Shown here piece by piece: positions 19,201-27,640 of a DNA stretch of 34,082 bases. The position numbers and the translations under genes are program-made. Location of the stretch: sequence record SRR31156797_21439. One strand, given 5' to 3'. The notes under the pieces are model-generated. The model ran no database searches. It saw only the letters and a list, made by a program, of their open reading frames with translations, and was not told where the DNA came from. Every line of letters starts with the position of its first letter. Positions within the stretch are counted from its first letter, which is position 1.

Positions 19201-19776
19201 GATGATGGTGTGCTCGGCGCTCGTTACCTCAAGTTGGACAGCACAGGTAAGCCACTTGCACGTCAGGACTTAAGTTACCAAGCTTTGTCTTTTGCTTGTG
19301 TAGTGGATGCTCATACTGGTCTGGTGTGGGAAACCAAACACCAACGTGGTGATGATGAAGACTACAGTATCTATGACAGCGACAACATGTTTGTTATTCA
19401 ACCTGCGGATGGAGCCACCCAATTTGGAGGAACATGCACCCTACACGACAGTAACCAAGTTTCTACTGACCCTAATCAGTGTACTGTCGCCAAACAAATC
19501 GAAACATTCAATAACCTAAAGCGTTGCGGACTTAGCAACTGGCGAATGCCAACCTTCCATGAAGCATATGCTCTGGCAGATTTTAACGCCGAGTCGTCAG
19601 GTATTGATCATCTTTACTTTCCGCACATACAAGCAATGTGGTTAGACGCACCTAATTTCAACACTACGACTTACCTTTCATTATCTTTACAGAACTTGAA
19701 CGCTATCGGAACCGACATCAATCACCACAAGCCGTTAATGTTAGTGAGCGATGGCTTTTATGTTAAACAACCATAA
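16279..19776 (+). CDS. Large lipoprotein with EF-hand-like loops, an Fn3 domain and a C-terminal DUF1566 (Lcl-C) domain
   Basis: Lipobox VLAG^C; P/S/T/G-rich tether; DSNNDGMVDEKE loop; Fn3 pattern VTIGW...GYTLAW...GLELDTQYYIRVQS; DUF1566 motifs CVVDAHTGLVWE and CGLSNWRMPT. Confidence 0.8.
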   Translation: MLFKQLIAFSAIIFVLAGCSDQPMQEGGTTPPSKGDNTNGVNNSTPDGAADSGSQPPSLTDPTSGNDNSPITPPAASSLSRKSLTISGSVSGSQAEDTYAFKACVGQVCDSWQQVMSEGMYQRKFHLSQWSTNVPLTIEGNKQANPASQPADAIDALSSSYFKTEVAPFEQLIKRDSNNDGMVDEKELATLSLNSVNMAFHAIAKHLLSTELSNVGNLPYEAKLKAVRQHLSNNNKKALLTLSDSQISKVKSHLFWNQNNKFFGEYSLLLTPEQWADLDGPLISDDQKIIKINTSQFEQIKANQKSLNLSVKQTNAIHKRQVYTQQLVLELAALYQMILKPSTTDLVFRQHDGRALVEEIESNTVTTNYNLPISSEMLKTIGMFDIPNDNESKIEISLDTMTSAYETYQNSTSQSSRGDFPVALRHTLWSTADKTLEQIGQQLLKVADSESSLELWQHYQNEFAPNHRSVPVYQELSKVLTPDTQKSYLYQNYTQDLRKAGHTHPLKPALLALAAERHLKISGRFPKELEQVTLKIVLGSQPNPDPGIVIYQPELLDQYPERHLPVDLIDNENQRHKELNLTGENDFITTIALRDIDNLYSHCQPGLIGYSDYTADEMQDTLTIHIHDEKTGVELRSILGSFCEIAQLDQKLGNKNGVLSFEEFERLNVGYISTAQAALLFKSSLTKWGGTNNIVPLNLEDIVDRYNQLPRKQVELLAAFMALQAKGTLFSSSIDLGEQGRLYKDLLALLDISFGGYSLSKNNAIPSVETLQDKIANRYAINQVLIENPDVNISHIIQAITQNLVNSEVDQYYFPSGVRPGSWVTVYPVSVIDATCQKTMQENQLVGLRIEGKGQNEFGHWVTIGWDEQAGASGYTLAWSDTPFNHIDTTQNVLPINELGNTRTTVSGLELDTQYYIRVQSNTGSPSALLSYSPSNIHVADSRVIDGLSGDDSTRGRDLSSECDPLTGKAKNSNDDGVLGARYLKLDSTGKPLARQDLSYQALSFACVVDAHTGLVWETKHQRGDDEDYSIYDSDNMFVIQPADGATQFGGTCTLHDSNQVSTDPNQCTVAKQIETFNNLKRCGLSNWRMPTFHEAYALADFNAESSGIDHLYFPHIQAMWLDAPNFNTTTYLSLSLQNLNAIGTDINHHKPLMLVSDGFYVKQP

Positions 19777-19786
19777 GGAGTAACAC

Positions 19787-20557
19787 ATGAAGTCTTTAAC
19801 ATTAAGCCTTGCTATCACTATCAGTACCAGCTCTGTGTATGCAAATGAAACCCAACAAGAGTGTAGAGCGGGAGCAGAATCAAACCCTAACAATCGCTTC
19901 AGCCAGCATACCATTACTACTGATACAGGCGATTATAAGGTTATCAATGACGCAGCAACCGGATTGCAATGGAGCTATTGCTTTGTCGGTCAACAACTGG
20001 ATGGGAACGGAATCACATGTGAAGGGCAGCCAATTGTGCCATACGATTTTGAAAAAAAAGAGTCCGGATTCCCAAATGTTCGCCGAGTAACCATGGAGCA
20101 AGTGCAACGAGAGAATCAACGTTTAGGTGCACATAAACCGTCATGGCGGCTACCCAATATCAAAGAGTTACTCAGTATCTATAATGAAAGCTGTAATCCC
20201 GCGATCTATCCGATATTTAGTTATGCTATGAATGTCCCATCTCAAGTCTTAGCGGAATTATCTGAGGGACGCCCTGCGGGTGATGAGGAGGCCGTACTTG
20301 AAGCGGCACTTGAAGCTGCAAATGAAGAGGGTGGACAAACCGGTAGGGACAGAGCAGCTCGTATAAGAACAGCCATACAATACAAAGCAAAGGCATATCA
20401 AAACTACACCTTAGTTTCAGACACGGCTTTAATAGACAATACGTATAAAACTTATTACAACATTAACTTTAAAGGATGGGGGGGCATGTTTAATACCATC
20501 CAAGGTGTCCAACCAACGGGCTTATTAAGACTCGTCCGCGAGATCCCACAACCTTAA
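19787..20557 (+). CDS. Secreted DUF1566 (Lcl-C) domain protein
   Basis: Signal peptide ending SSVYA; motifs INDAATGLQWSYC, WRLPNIKELLSI and terminal LRLVR; strong SD TAAGGAG, 10 nt after the upstream stop. Confidence 0.8.
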   Translation: MKSLTLSLAITISTSSVYANETQQECRAGAESNPNNRFSQHTITTDTGDYKVINDAATGLQWSYCFVGQQLDGNGITCEGQPIVPYDFEKKESGFPNVRRVTMEQVQRENQRLGAHKPSWRLPNIKELLSIYNESCNPAIYPIFSYAMNVPSQVLAELSEGRPAGDEEAVLEAALEAANEEGGQTGRDRAARIRTAIQYKAKAYQNYTLVSDTALIDNTYKTYYNINFKGWGGMFNTIQGVQPTGLLRLVREIPQP

Positions 20558-20588
20558 AAATCAAGCGCCCAGAATAATTCTGGGCGTT
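20556..20588 (-). terminator. Intrinsic terminator of rep, possibly also used by the convergent DUF1566 operon
   Basis: CGCCCAGAAT-A-ATTCTGGGCG inverted repeat (20566-20586), followed on the minus strand by CTTGATTTTT. Confidence 0.7.
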
Positions 20589-20595
20589 CAACTCA

Positions 20596-22611
20596 TTACT
20601 TCTTAAACATCGCTTTCAGGTTTGCGATGTGAGCCTGACCTTTCGCCATTCGCTCTTCTGCGGTTTGCGGTTTTTTCTTAATTTCCCACTCCACGTCATC
20701 GTAAGGCAGTTCTTCTAAGAAGCGACTTTGCGTTGGCTTAATAAGCTCACCAAACTGGCGACGCTCTTTACACATAATAAAAGTAAGCTCTCGCTGTGCA
20801 CGAGTGATACCCACATACATCAGTCGACGCTCTTCCTCGACATTATCTTCATCAATACTAGTTTGGTGCGGTAAAATACCCTCTTCCGCCCCCAGCAGGT
20901 AAACATAGGGGAACTCCAGACCTTTGGATGCATGCAATGTCATGAGCTGAACTGCATCACTGTCATCATCGCCTTCGCCACGCTCCATCATGTCGCGCAG
21001 AGTCAGTCTTTGAACCACTTCTTTCAGTGTTTTCTCTTCCTGATCGGGGTTATCACCCTCCAGATCAGCCACAATCCAAGAGTAGAGATCAGAGACGTTT
21101 TTCATCCGCATCTCGGCCGCTTTAGGGCTAGCAGAAGTTTCGTATAACCAGTCTTCGTAGTTAATATCGCGAACCAAAGAACGCACCGCTTCTACCGTAT
21201 TGCCCCGTTCAGCGTTATCACCAATCGCCACCAGCCACTCGGTAAAGCGGCGTAAGTTTTCTAAGCCTCGTCCTGACAGGTGCTGTTCTAAACCAATTTC
21301 AAAGCTTGCTTCAAACAAGCTTTTTCCGCGCATATTGGCGTAGCTACCCAGTTTTTCTAACGTCACCGGACCAATTTCACGTCGTGGGGTATTCACGATT
21401 CGTAAAAACGCGTTGTCATCATCGGGGTTCACCAATACTCGTAAGTAAGCCATGATGTCTTTGATCTCTGCGCGAGAAAAAAATGAGGTTCCACCAGAGA
21501 TTTTATACGGCACCCGGTTTTGCATTAGCGATTTTTCAATCAAACGCGACTGGTGATTGCCACGGTATAGAATAGCGTAGGCTCGATACTCCGTTCGATT
21601 AAGGAACTTATGCGCGATGATTTCAGCGGTAACACGTTCGGCTTCATGATCTTCATTCTTGGCTAAAATAACTTTCAGTTTTTCGCCATCAGGGATCTCT
21701 GAGAATAGAGACTTCTCATACACGTGCGGGTTATTGGCAATCAAGATATTCGCCGCACGCAGAATACGGCTGGTAGAACGGTAGTTTTGTTCCAGTTTAA
21801 TTAACCTTAAACTCGGGAAATCTTCACCAAGCAGAACTAGGTTCTGCGGTTTTGCACCACGCCAGGAATAGATAGATTGGTCGTCATCACCCACGACGGT
21901 TAAGCGGGCGCGCTCACCCACCAGCAATCTCACCAATTCATACTGGCTGGTGTTGGTATCCTGATACTCATCCACAAGAAGGTAGCGGATTCGATTTTGC
22001 CAACGCTGGCGAACTTCTTCATTACCACGAAGCAGCATCACTGGCATTAAAATCAGATCATCAAAGTCCAATGCGTTATAGGCGCGCATTTGGGTTTGAT
22101 ACATTTCAAAGCAGAACGCGAACAATTGCATCTGCTCTCCCTGAGCCATCGCTTTGGCTTGCTCAGGGCTGATCATGTCATTCTTCCAGTTTGAGATAGT
22201 ACTCAGCAACTGACGTAACAGATCTTTATCACCATCGAGTTGTTTCTCGGTCAGCTCTTTAAGTAAAGCAAGTTGGTCCTGATCATCAAACAGAGAGAAA
22301 CCCGCTTTTAAACCGAGGTGCTTATACTCACGACGAATGATATTAAGACCCATGGTATGGAAAGTGGAAACCATCAAACCACGAGACTCATGCTTACCCA
22401 AAGTTTGTCCCACTCGCTCTTTCATTTCACGAGCCGCTTTGTTGGTAAACGTGACCGCTGCAATATTACGAGCTTTATAACCACACTGTTGCACTAAATA
22501 GGCTATTTTATTAGTGATTACACGTGTTTTACCCGAACCAGCACCGGCTAATACCAAGCAAGGGCCTGATACATATTTTACAGCTTCGTCTTGTCTTGGA
22601 TTCAGCTTCAT
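20596..22611 (-). CDS. rep: ATP-dependent DNA helicase Rep
   Basis: [11 protein letters not shown] start, [36 protein letters not shown], and C-terminal [12 protein letters not shown] characteristic of Rep. Confidence 0.97.
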   Translation of the reverse strand: MKLNPRQDEAVKYVSGPCLVLAGAGSGKTRVITNKIAYLVQQCGYKARNIAAVTFTNKAAREMKERVGQTLGKHESRGLMVSTFHTMGLNIIRREYKHLGLKAGFSLFDDQDQLALLKELTEKQLDGDKDLLRQLLSTISNWKNDMISPEQAKAMAQGEQMQLFAFCFEMYQTQMRAYNALDFDDLILMPVMLLRGNEEVRQRWQNRIRYLLVDEYQDTNTSQYELVRLLVGERARLTVVGDDDQSIYSWRGAKPQNLVLLGEDFPSLRLIKLEQNYRSTSRILRAANILIANNPHVYEKSLFSEIPDGEKLKVILAKNEDHEAERVTAEIIAHKFLNRTEYRAYAILYRGNHQSRLIEKSLMQNRVPYKISGGTSFFSRAEIKDIMAYLRVLVNPDDDNAFLRIVNTPRREIGPVTLEKLGSYANMRGKSLFEASFEIGLEQHLSGRGLENLRRFTEWLVAIGDNAERGNTVEAVRSLVRDINYEDWLYETSASPKAAEMRMKNVSDLYSWIVADLEGDNPDQEEKTLKEVVQRLTLRDMMERGEGDDDSDAVQLMTLHASKGLEFPYVYLLGAEEGILPHQTSIDEDNVEEERRLMYVGITRAQRELTFIMCKERRQFGELIKPTQSRFLEELPYDDVEWEIKKKPQTAEERMAKGQAHIANLKAMFKK

Positions 22612-22719
22612 ATTGGTCTCGAGTCAATGAATAAAGGCCGCTTATGATAATCCTCATAAGCGATGATTTCCAAACAAAGATAAAAATGTAACGATTTATC
22701 ACTTTACTGCACAAGTGTA

Positions 22720-22749
22720 TTGCAAAATATATAGGACACTGTGCATAAT
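22720..22749 (+). promoter_or_regulatory. Putative sigma70 promoter for the RND efflux operon
   Basis: -35 TTGCAA (22720-22725), 18-nt spacer, -10 CATAAT (22744-22749). Confidence 0.55.
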
Positions 22750-22773
22750 AACGTCAATTTATGATTTTCATTT

Positions 22774-22802
22774 ACCTCAGAAGAGTGTTTCTGAGGTTTT
22801 TT
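22774..22802 (+). terminator. Terminator-like hairpin in the leader of the RND operon
   Basis: ACCTCAGAA-GAGTGT-TTCTGAGGT perfect 9-bp stem, with a run of T (22797-22802) after it. Confidence 0.65.
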
Positions 22803-22878
22803 CGTTAGCCGAAGTGACTGCTGAACCTTGCCCAGCATAGCAAGAAACCGCAATCACCAACTTGGAGTTCTATTTAGA

Positions 22879-23985
22879 ATGAAAAAGTGGACTTTTTTTA
22901 TGTTACTGATCGCGACACTACTGTTCGGTAGCGTGATTGGTTTCAATTTGTTTAAACAACAAAAAATTGCTGAGTATATGGCAAACCGTCCTGAACCAGA
23001 CTTCCCTGTAACTGTAACCGATGTTACCGCAAACAGTTGGACTCCAGTGATTGAGGCGATTGGCTTTATCGAACCAAACCAGGGTGTCACTCTGACCACT
23101 GAAACCAGTGGTGTGATTGATAATATCTCATTCGATTCAGGTACTCAGGTTACCGAAGGACAATCGTTAATCCAGCTCGATTCAAAGGTTGAAAAAGCAA
23201 ATTTAAAGAGTACCGAAGCTCGTTTGCCGGCAGCCGAAGCAAAATACAAACGCTATAAAGGCTTATTCGCCAAAGGCTCAATTTCTAAAGAATCTTACGA
23301 CGATGCGGAAGCAAGCTTCCTATCTCTTTCTGCTGATATTGAAAGCTTAAAAGCATCCATTGAGCGTCGTGAAATCAAAGCACCATTTGCAGGTGTGGTT
23401 GGTATTCGTAACGTTTACTTAGGCCAGTACCTACAACCGGGTACAGATATTGTTCGCCTGGAAGATACCAGCGTAATGCGTTTACGATTTACCGTTTCAC
23501 AAACCGATATTTCTCGTATCTCTCTTGGCCAACAAGTTGATATTTTTGTCGATTCCTACCCAGACAGCGCGTTCAAAGGTTCGATTACCGCTATTGAGCC
23601 CGCCGTTAGTGTGAAAAGTGGTTTGATTCAAGTTCAGGCTGACATTCCAAACAGCGACGGTCAGCTTCGCAGTGGTATGTTCGCTCGTGCCAACATCATT
23701 CTGCCTAAACTCACTGATCAGGTCATTCTTCCTCAAACAGCCATCACCTACACCTTGTATGGTGACAACGTGTACGTAATGAAAGAGGTTGATGGTGTTT
23801 CTCGCGTTGAACAGCGTGTGGTTAAAGTTGGTGAACGCAAAGGTGCGGATGCCCACATTCTTGACGGTGTAGAGATCGGCGATGTGGTCGTGACTTCAGG
23901 TCAGGTTCGTCTGAGCAATAACGCGAAAGTTCGTGTAGTAGAAAGCGATGCAACTACTCCACCAGCTGAAACACCGATGCTGTAA
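22879..23985 (+). CDS. vexA: RND efflux periplasmic adaptor (membrane fusion protein), VexA-like
   Basis: N-terminal TM anchor, lipoyl/hairpin motifs (IKAPFAGVVG), LRSGMFAR. Start reassigned to ATG 22879 (MKKWTFF) after GGAG at 22864. Ortholog call rests on recalled synteny with ilvC/ubiK/rep. Confidence 0.85.
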   Translation: MKKWTFFMLLIATLLFGSVIGFNLFKQQKIAEYMANRPEPDFPVTVTDVTANSWTPVIEAIGFIEPNQGVTLTTETSGVIDNISFDSGTQVTEGQSLIQLDSKVEKANLKSTEARLPAAEAKYKRYKGLFAKGSISKESYDDAEASFLSLSADIESLKASIERREIKAPFAGVVGIRNVYLGQYLQPGTDIVRLEDTSVMRLRFTVSQTDISRISLGQQVDIFVDSYPDSAFKGSITAIEPAVSVKSGLIQVQADIPNSDGQLRSGMFARANIILPKLTDQVILPQTAITYTLYGDNVYVMKEVDGVSRVEQRVVKVGERKGADAHILDGVEIGDVVVTSGQVRLSNNAKVRVVESDATTPPAETPML

Positions 23986-23996
23986 TTGGAGGAAGC

Positions 23997-26900
23997 ATGC
24001 GCTTTACTGATGTTTTTATAAAACGTCCAGTTCTCGCGGTATCAATTAGCTTTTTGATCGCATTGCTTGGCTTGCAAGCAATCTTCAAAATGCAGGTTAA
24101 TGAATACCCAGAAATGACGAATACCGTAGTCACGGTTTCAACCAGTTACTACGGTGCCAGTGCCGACCTGATTCAGGGCTTTATTACCCAGCCTTTAGAA
24201 CAAGCGGTGGCTCAGGCAGATAACATTGATTATATGACTTCATCTTCTGTGCTTGGTAAATCAACCATCACAGTCACCATGGAGTTAAACACCGATCCGA
24301 ACGCAGCGTTGGCCGATATTTTGGCCAAGACCAACTCGGTGCGTTCTCAGCTTCCTAAAGAAGCGGAAGATCCATCGGTCACCATGTCGACCGGTTCAAC
24401 AACTGCTGTACTTTACATCGGTTTTACCAGTGACGAGTTGGCTTCAAGCCAAATTACCGATTACTTAGAACGTGTAATCAACCCACAGCTATTCACGGTT
24501 AACGGCGTATCAAAAGTCGACCTATACGGTGGTATGAAGTACGCGCTACGTATTTGGCTGGATCCGGCCAAAATGGCTGCGCTTGATCTAACTGCGACTG
24601 ACGTAATGAGCATTTTGAGTGCCAACAACTATCAGTCAGCAACGGGTCAATCTATCGGTGAGTTTGTTCTGTACAACGGTAGTGCTGATACTCAGGTTTC
24701 AACGGTTGAAGAGTTAGAACGTCTGGTTGTTCGTACCGGAGAAGGTGCCGTTGTTCGCTTAAGTGATATCTCGAAAGTCTCAATGGAGAAAAGTCACGAT
24801 GTTTACCGCGCAACAGCGAATGGTCAAGAAGCCGTTGTTGCGGCAATTAACGCAGCACCAAGTGCGAACCCAATTAACATTGCAGCCGATGTTCTAGATT
24901 TGCTTCCTCAACTGGAAACGAATCTGCCAAGCAACATCAAAATGAACATAATGTATGACTCGACCGTTGCGATTAACGAATCAATTCAAGAGGTGGTTAA
25001 AACCATCGTTGAAGCGGCATTAATCGTATTGGTGGTGATTACCCTGTTCCTAGGTTCGTTCCGCGCAGTACTGATTCCAATCGTTACCATTCCTCTATCT
25101 CTGATTGGTGTAGCGATGGCGATGCAGGCGATGGGCTTCTCATGGAACCTAATGACACTGCTGGCGATGGTACTTGCTATCGGTCTAGTCGTGGACGATG
25201 CAATCGTTGTACTGGAAAACGTCGACCGCCATATCAAGCTTGGCGAGACTCCTTTCCGTGCAGCAATTATCGGTACACGTGAAATTGCGACCCCAGTTAT
25301 TGCTATGACGTTAACTCTGGGTGCGGTATATGCACCGATCGCCATGATGGGTGGTATTACCGGTTCATTGTTTAAGGAGTTTGCTTTAACTCTGGCTGGC
25401 GCCGTTTTTGTATCAGGTATTATTGCATTAACGCTGTCGCCAATGATGTGTTCAAACATGTTGAAAGCGAACGAGAAGCCAAGCCGATTTGAGCAAACCG
25501 TTCATAATGTGCTTGAACGTATGACGAACCGTTACGCTCGTATGCTTGCCGCCGTTATGCAGCATCGTCCGGTGGTCATCGCTTTTGCTTTAATTGTTTT
25601 TGCTAGCTTACCAGCACTGTTTAGCTTTATTCCAAGTGAACTGGCACCTTCAGAAGATAAAGGTGCAGTAATGATGATTGGTACAGGTCCATCAAATGCA
25701 AACCTAGACTATCTATCTAACACCATGGATGAAGTAAACCGTACCCTGAACGAACTACCAGAAGTGGATTACGCTCAGGCATTTACTGGTGTACCTAACT
25801 CAAACCAAGCTTTTGGTATCGCTTCATTAGTACCATGGAGTGAGCGTGACTTAAGTCAGGCAGATATCGCAAACCAACTGGGCACCCTACTTAAAGATAT
25901 TCCTGGTATGTCGATTACCGCATTCCAAATGCCTGAACTGCCAGGTGCGGGTGGTGGTCTTCCGATTCAGTTTGTCATTACAACGCCAAACAGCTTTGAA
26001 AGCTTGTTTACTGTAGCCAGTGATATTTTGGCAGAAGCGACAGCCAGTCCACTGCTGGTGTATACCGATTTAGACCTGAACTTCGATTCAGCGACAATGA
26101 AAGTAAACATCGACAAAGACAAAGCTGGCGCCTATGGCGTAACCATGCAGGATATCGGTATCACGCTGGGCACCATGATGGCTGACGGCTATGTAAACCG
26201 TATTGACCTTGATGGCCGCTCTTACGAGGTTATCCCTCAGGTTGAACGTAAGTTCCGTCTAAACCCTGAGTCGATGAACAATTACTTCGTACGTGCTGCT
26301 GATGGTAATGCCGTTCCTCTGGGTAGCTTGATCTCTATTGATGTTGTTGCAGAGCCACGCGCACTGCCTCACTTCAACCAGTTGAACTCTGCAACCATCG
26401 GTGCCGTGCCTATGCCAGGCACAGCCATGGGTGATGCCATCAACTGGTTTGAAAACATAGCAGAAACTAAGTTGCCGACAGGCTATAACCACGATTACAT
26501 GGGTGAAGCTCGTCAGTACGTGACTGAAGGCAGTGCGCTATACGCTACCTTCGGGTTAGCACTCGCGGTTATCTTCTTGGTTCTGGCGATCCAGTTTGAG
26601 TCTCTCAAAGATCCGATTGTTATCATGGTCTCGGTACCGCTAGCTATCTGTGGTGCGTTAATCACCCTTGCGTGGGGCGCGGCGACGATGAACATCTACT
26701 CACAAGTCGGTTTGATTACACTGGTGGGTCTGATTACTAAGCATGGTATTTTGATCTGTGAGGTAGCCAAAGAAGAGCAGCTACACCATCAGAAATCGCG
26801 TATTGATGCGGTAATGGAAGCAGCAAAAGTTCGTCTGCGTCCAATTTTGATGACAACAGCAGCGATGATTGCAGGCTTGATTCCTCTGATGTACGCAACA

Positions 26901-27107
26901 GGCGCAGGTGCCGCTCAACGCTTTAGTATCGGTATTGTTATCGTATCGGGTCTGGCGATTGGTACGCTATTTACCCTGTTCGTATTACCGGTGATCTACA
27001 GCTACCTAGCGGAAAAACACAAGCCACTACCGGTGTTTGTCGAAGAAGAAGAGTTAAAAGCTCTTGAGCAACTCGACAGAGAAAATGAGGCTAAGAGCGC
27101 TCACTAA
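23997..27107 (+). CDS. vexB: RND multidrug efflux permease, VexB-like (AcrB/D/F family)
   Basis: MRFTDVFIKRPV start; proton-relay motifs GLVVDDAIVVLEN, TKHGIL and RLRPILMTT; 1036 aa. Confidence 0.9.
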   Translation: MRFTDVFIKRPVLAVSISFLIALLGLQAIFKMQVNEYPEMTNTVVTVSTSYYGASADLIQGFITQPLEQAVAQADNIDYMTSSSVLGKSTITVTMELNTDPNAALADILAKTNSVRSQLPKEAEDPSVTMSTGSTTAVLYIGFTSDELASSQITDYLERVINPQLFTVNGVSKVDLYGGMKYALRIWLDPAKMAALDLTATDVMSILSANNYQSATGQSIGEFVLYNGSADTQVSTVEELERLVVRTGEGAVVRLSDISKVSMEKSHDVYRATANGQEAVVAAINAAPSANPINIAADVLDLLPQLETNLPSNIKMNIMYDSTVAINESIQEVVKTIVEAALIVLVVITLFLGSFRAVLIPIVTIPLSLIGVAMAMQAMGFSWNLMTLLAMVLAIGLVVDDAIVVLENVDRHIKLGETPFRAAIIGTREIATPVIAMTLTLGAVYAPIAMMGGITGSLFKEFALTLAGAVFVSGIIALTLSPMMCSNMLKANEKPSRFEQTVHNVLERMTNRYARMLAAVMQHRPVVIAFALIVFASLPALFSFIPSELAPSEDKGAVMMIGTGPSNANLDYLSNTMDEVNRTLNELPEVDYAQAFTGVPNSNQAFGIASLVPWSERDLSQADIANQLGTLLKDIPGMSITAFQMPELPGAGGGLPIQFVITTPNSFESLFTVASDILAEATASPLLVYTDLDLNFDSATMKVNIDKDKAGAYGVTMQDIGITLGTMMADGYVNRIDLDGRSYEVIPQVERKFRLNPESMNNYFVRAADGNAVPLGSLISIDVVAEPRALPHFNQLNSATIGAVPMPGTAMGDAINWFENIAETKLPTGYNHDYMGEARQYVTEGSALYATFGLALAVIFLVLAIQFESLKDPIVIMVSVPLAICGALITLAWGAATMNIYSQVGLITLVGLITKHGILICEVAKEEQLHHQKSRIDAVMEAAKVRLRPILMTTAAMIAGLIPLMYATGAGAAQRFSIGIVIVSGLAIGTLFTLFVLPVIYSYLAEKHKPLPVFVEEEELKALEQLDRENEAKSAH

Positions 27108-27130
27108 GCCGCTTAAATGTTCTCATCTTC

Positions 27131-27160
27131 ATAAAAGGTCACATATGTGGCCTTTTTTAT
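27131..27160 (+). terminator. Intrinsic terminator of the RND operon
   Basis: AAAAGGTCACATATGTGGCCTTTTTT: hairpin with T tract. Confidence 0.8.
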
Positions 27161-27229
27161 TACGCCAATTAACGACTTTCCAATGTGAATTGCATAGAAT
27201 ATTGCCCATCAAGATAGGAGAACAACACA

Positions 27230-27481
27230 ATGTTTGACCCAAAGAAACTCGAGCAAGTTGCTAAGCAGATTCACGACTCAATGCCTCAGCCGGTCAAAGA
27301 GCTAGGTGCTGATGTTGAACAGAAAGTCCGTCAGGTAATTCAAGGCCAACTGAACAAGTTGGATGTCGTTAGCCGTGAAGAGTTTGACGTACAAACTCAA
27401 GTACTACTGCGTACTCGCCAAAAGCTAACTGAAATGGAGCAGAAACTCGCTGAGCTAGAAAGCAAACTTGCTGACAAATAA
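27230..27481 (+). CDS. ubiK: Ubiquinone biosynthesis accessory factor UbiK (YqiC)
   Basis: MFDPKKLEQ start, [20 protein letters not shown] signature, C-terminal coiled coil. Confidence 0.93.
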   Translation: MFDPKKLEQVAKQIHDSMPQPVKELGADVEQKVRQVIQGQLNKLDVVSREEFDVQTQVLLRTRQKLTEMEQKLAELESKLADK

Positions 27482-27486
27482 TGTTA

Positions 27487-27521
27487 TATATACTCAAGTA
27501 ACCTCAAGATACTGAGTACAG
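27487..27521 (+). repeat. Fragment of an ERIC/IRU-like Vibrio intergenic repeat end
   Basis: TATATACTCAAGTAACCTCAAGATACTG resembles the recalled terminus TATACCCAAGTAACCTCAAGATGC; a second copy is on the minus strand at 4440-4464 (17/20 identical). Confidence 0.5.
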
Positions 27522-27527
27522 AATAGT

Positions 27528-27560
27528 AAAAGGGCTGAATCTTTCGATTCAGCCCTTTTT
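27528..27560. terminator. Bidirectional terminator between ubiK and ilvC
   Basis: AAAAGGGCTGAATC-TTTC-GATTCAGCCCTTTTT perfect stem with tails on both sides. Confidence 0.85.
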
Positions 27561-27640
27561 ATTTATGTTGTGTTTGCTTGTTGTTTACAGCGATAACAAT
27601 GCCAGCAATACGTTTTATTTCTGCTGGCATTCAGTGAATA

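Noticed and set aside
20052-20059. A8 homopolymer in the small DUF1566 gene as a phase-variation tract
   Set aside because: Short, in frame, and explained by Glu-Lys-Lys codons.
19297-20557. DUF1566 C-termini as diversity-generating retroelement targets
   Set aside because: No reverse transcriptase and no recognisable template-repeat copy in the window; a remote element cannot be excluded from this sequence alone.
22828-22878. N-terminal extension of the RND adaptor (likewise the extensions for ilvC to 29185 and ilvY from 29235)
   Set aside because: Downstream ATGs match the known family N-termini, and for the adaptor and ilvC have clear SD sequences.
27598-27631. AATGCCAGCA/TGCTGGCATT hairpin after the ilvC stop as a separate element
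   Set aside because: Adequately explained as an ordinary 3' stabilising or terminating hairpin of ilvC.
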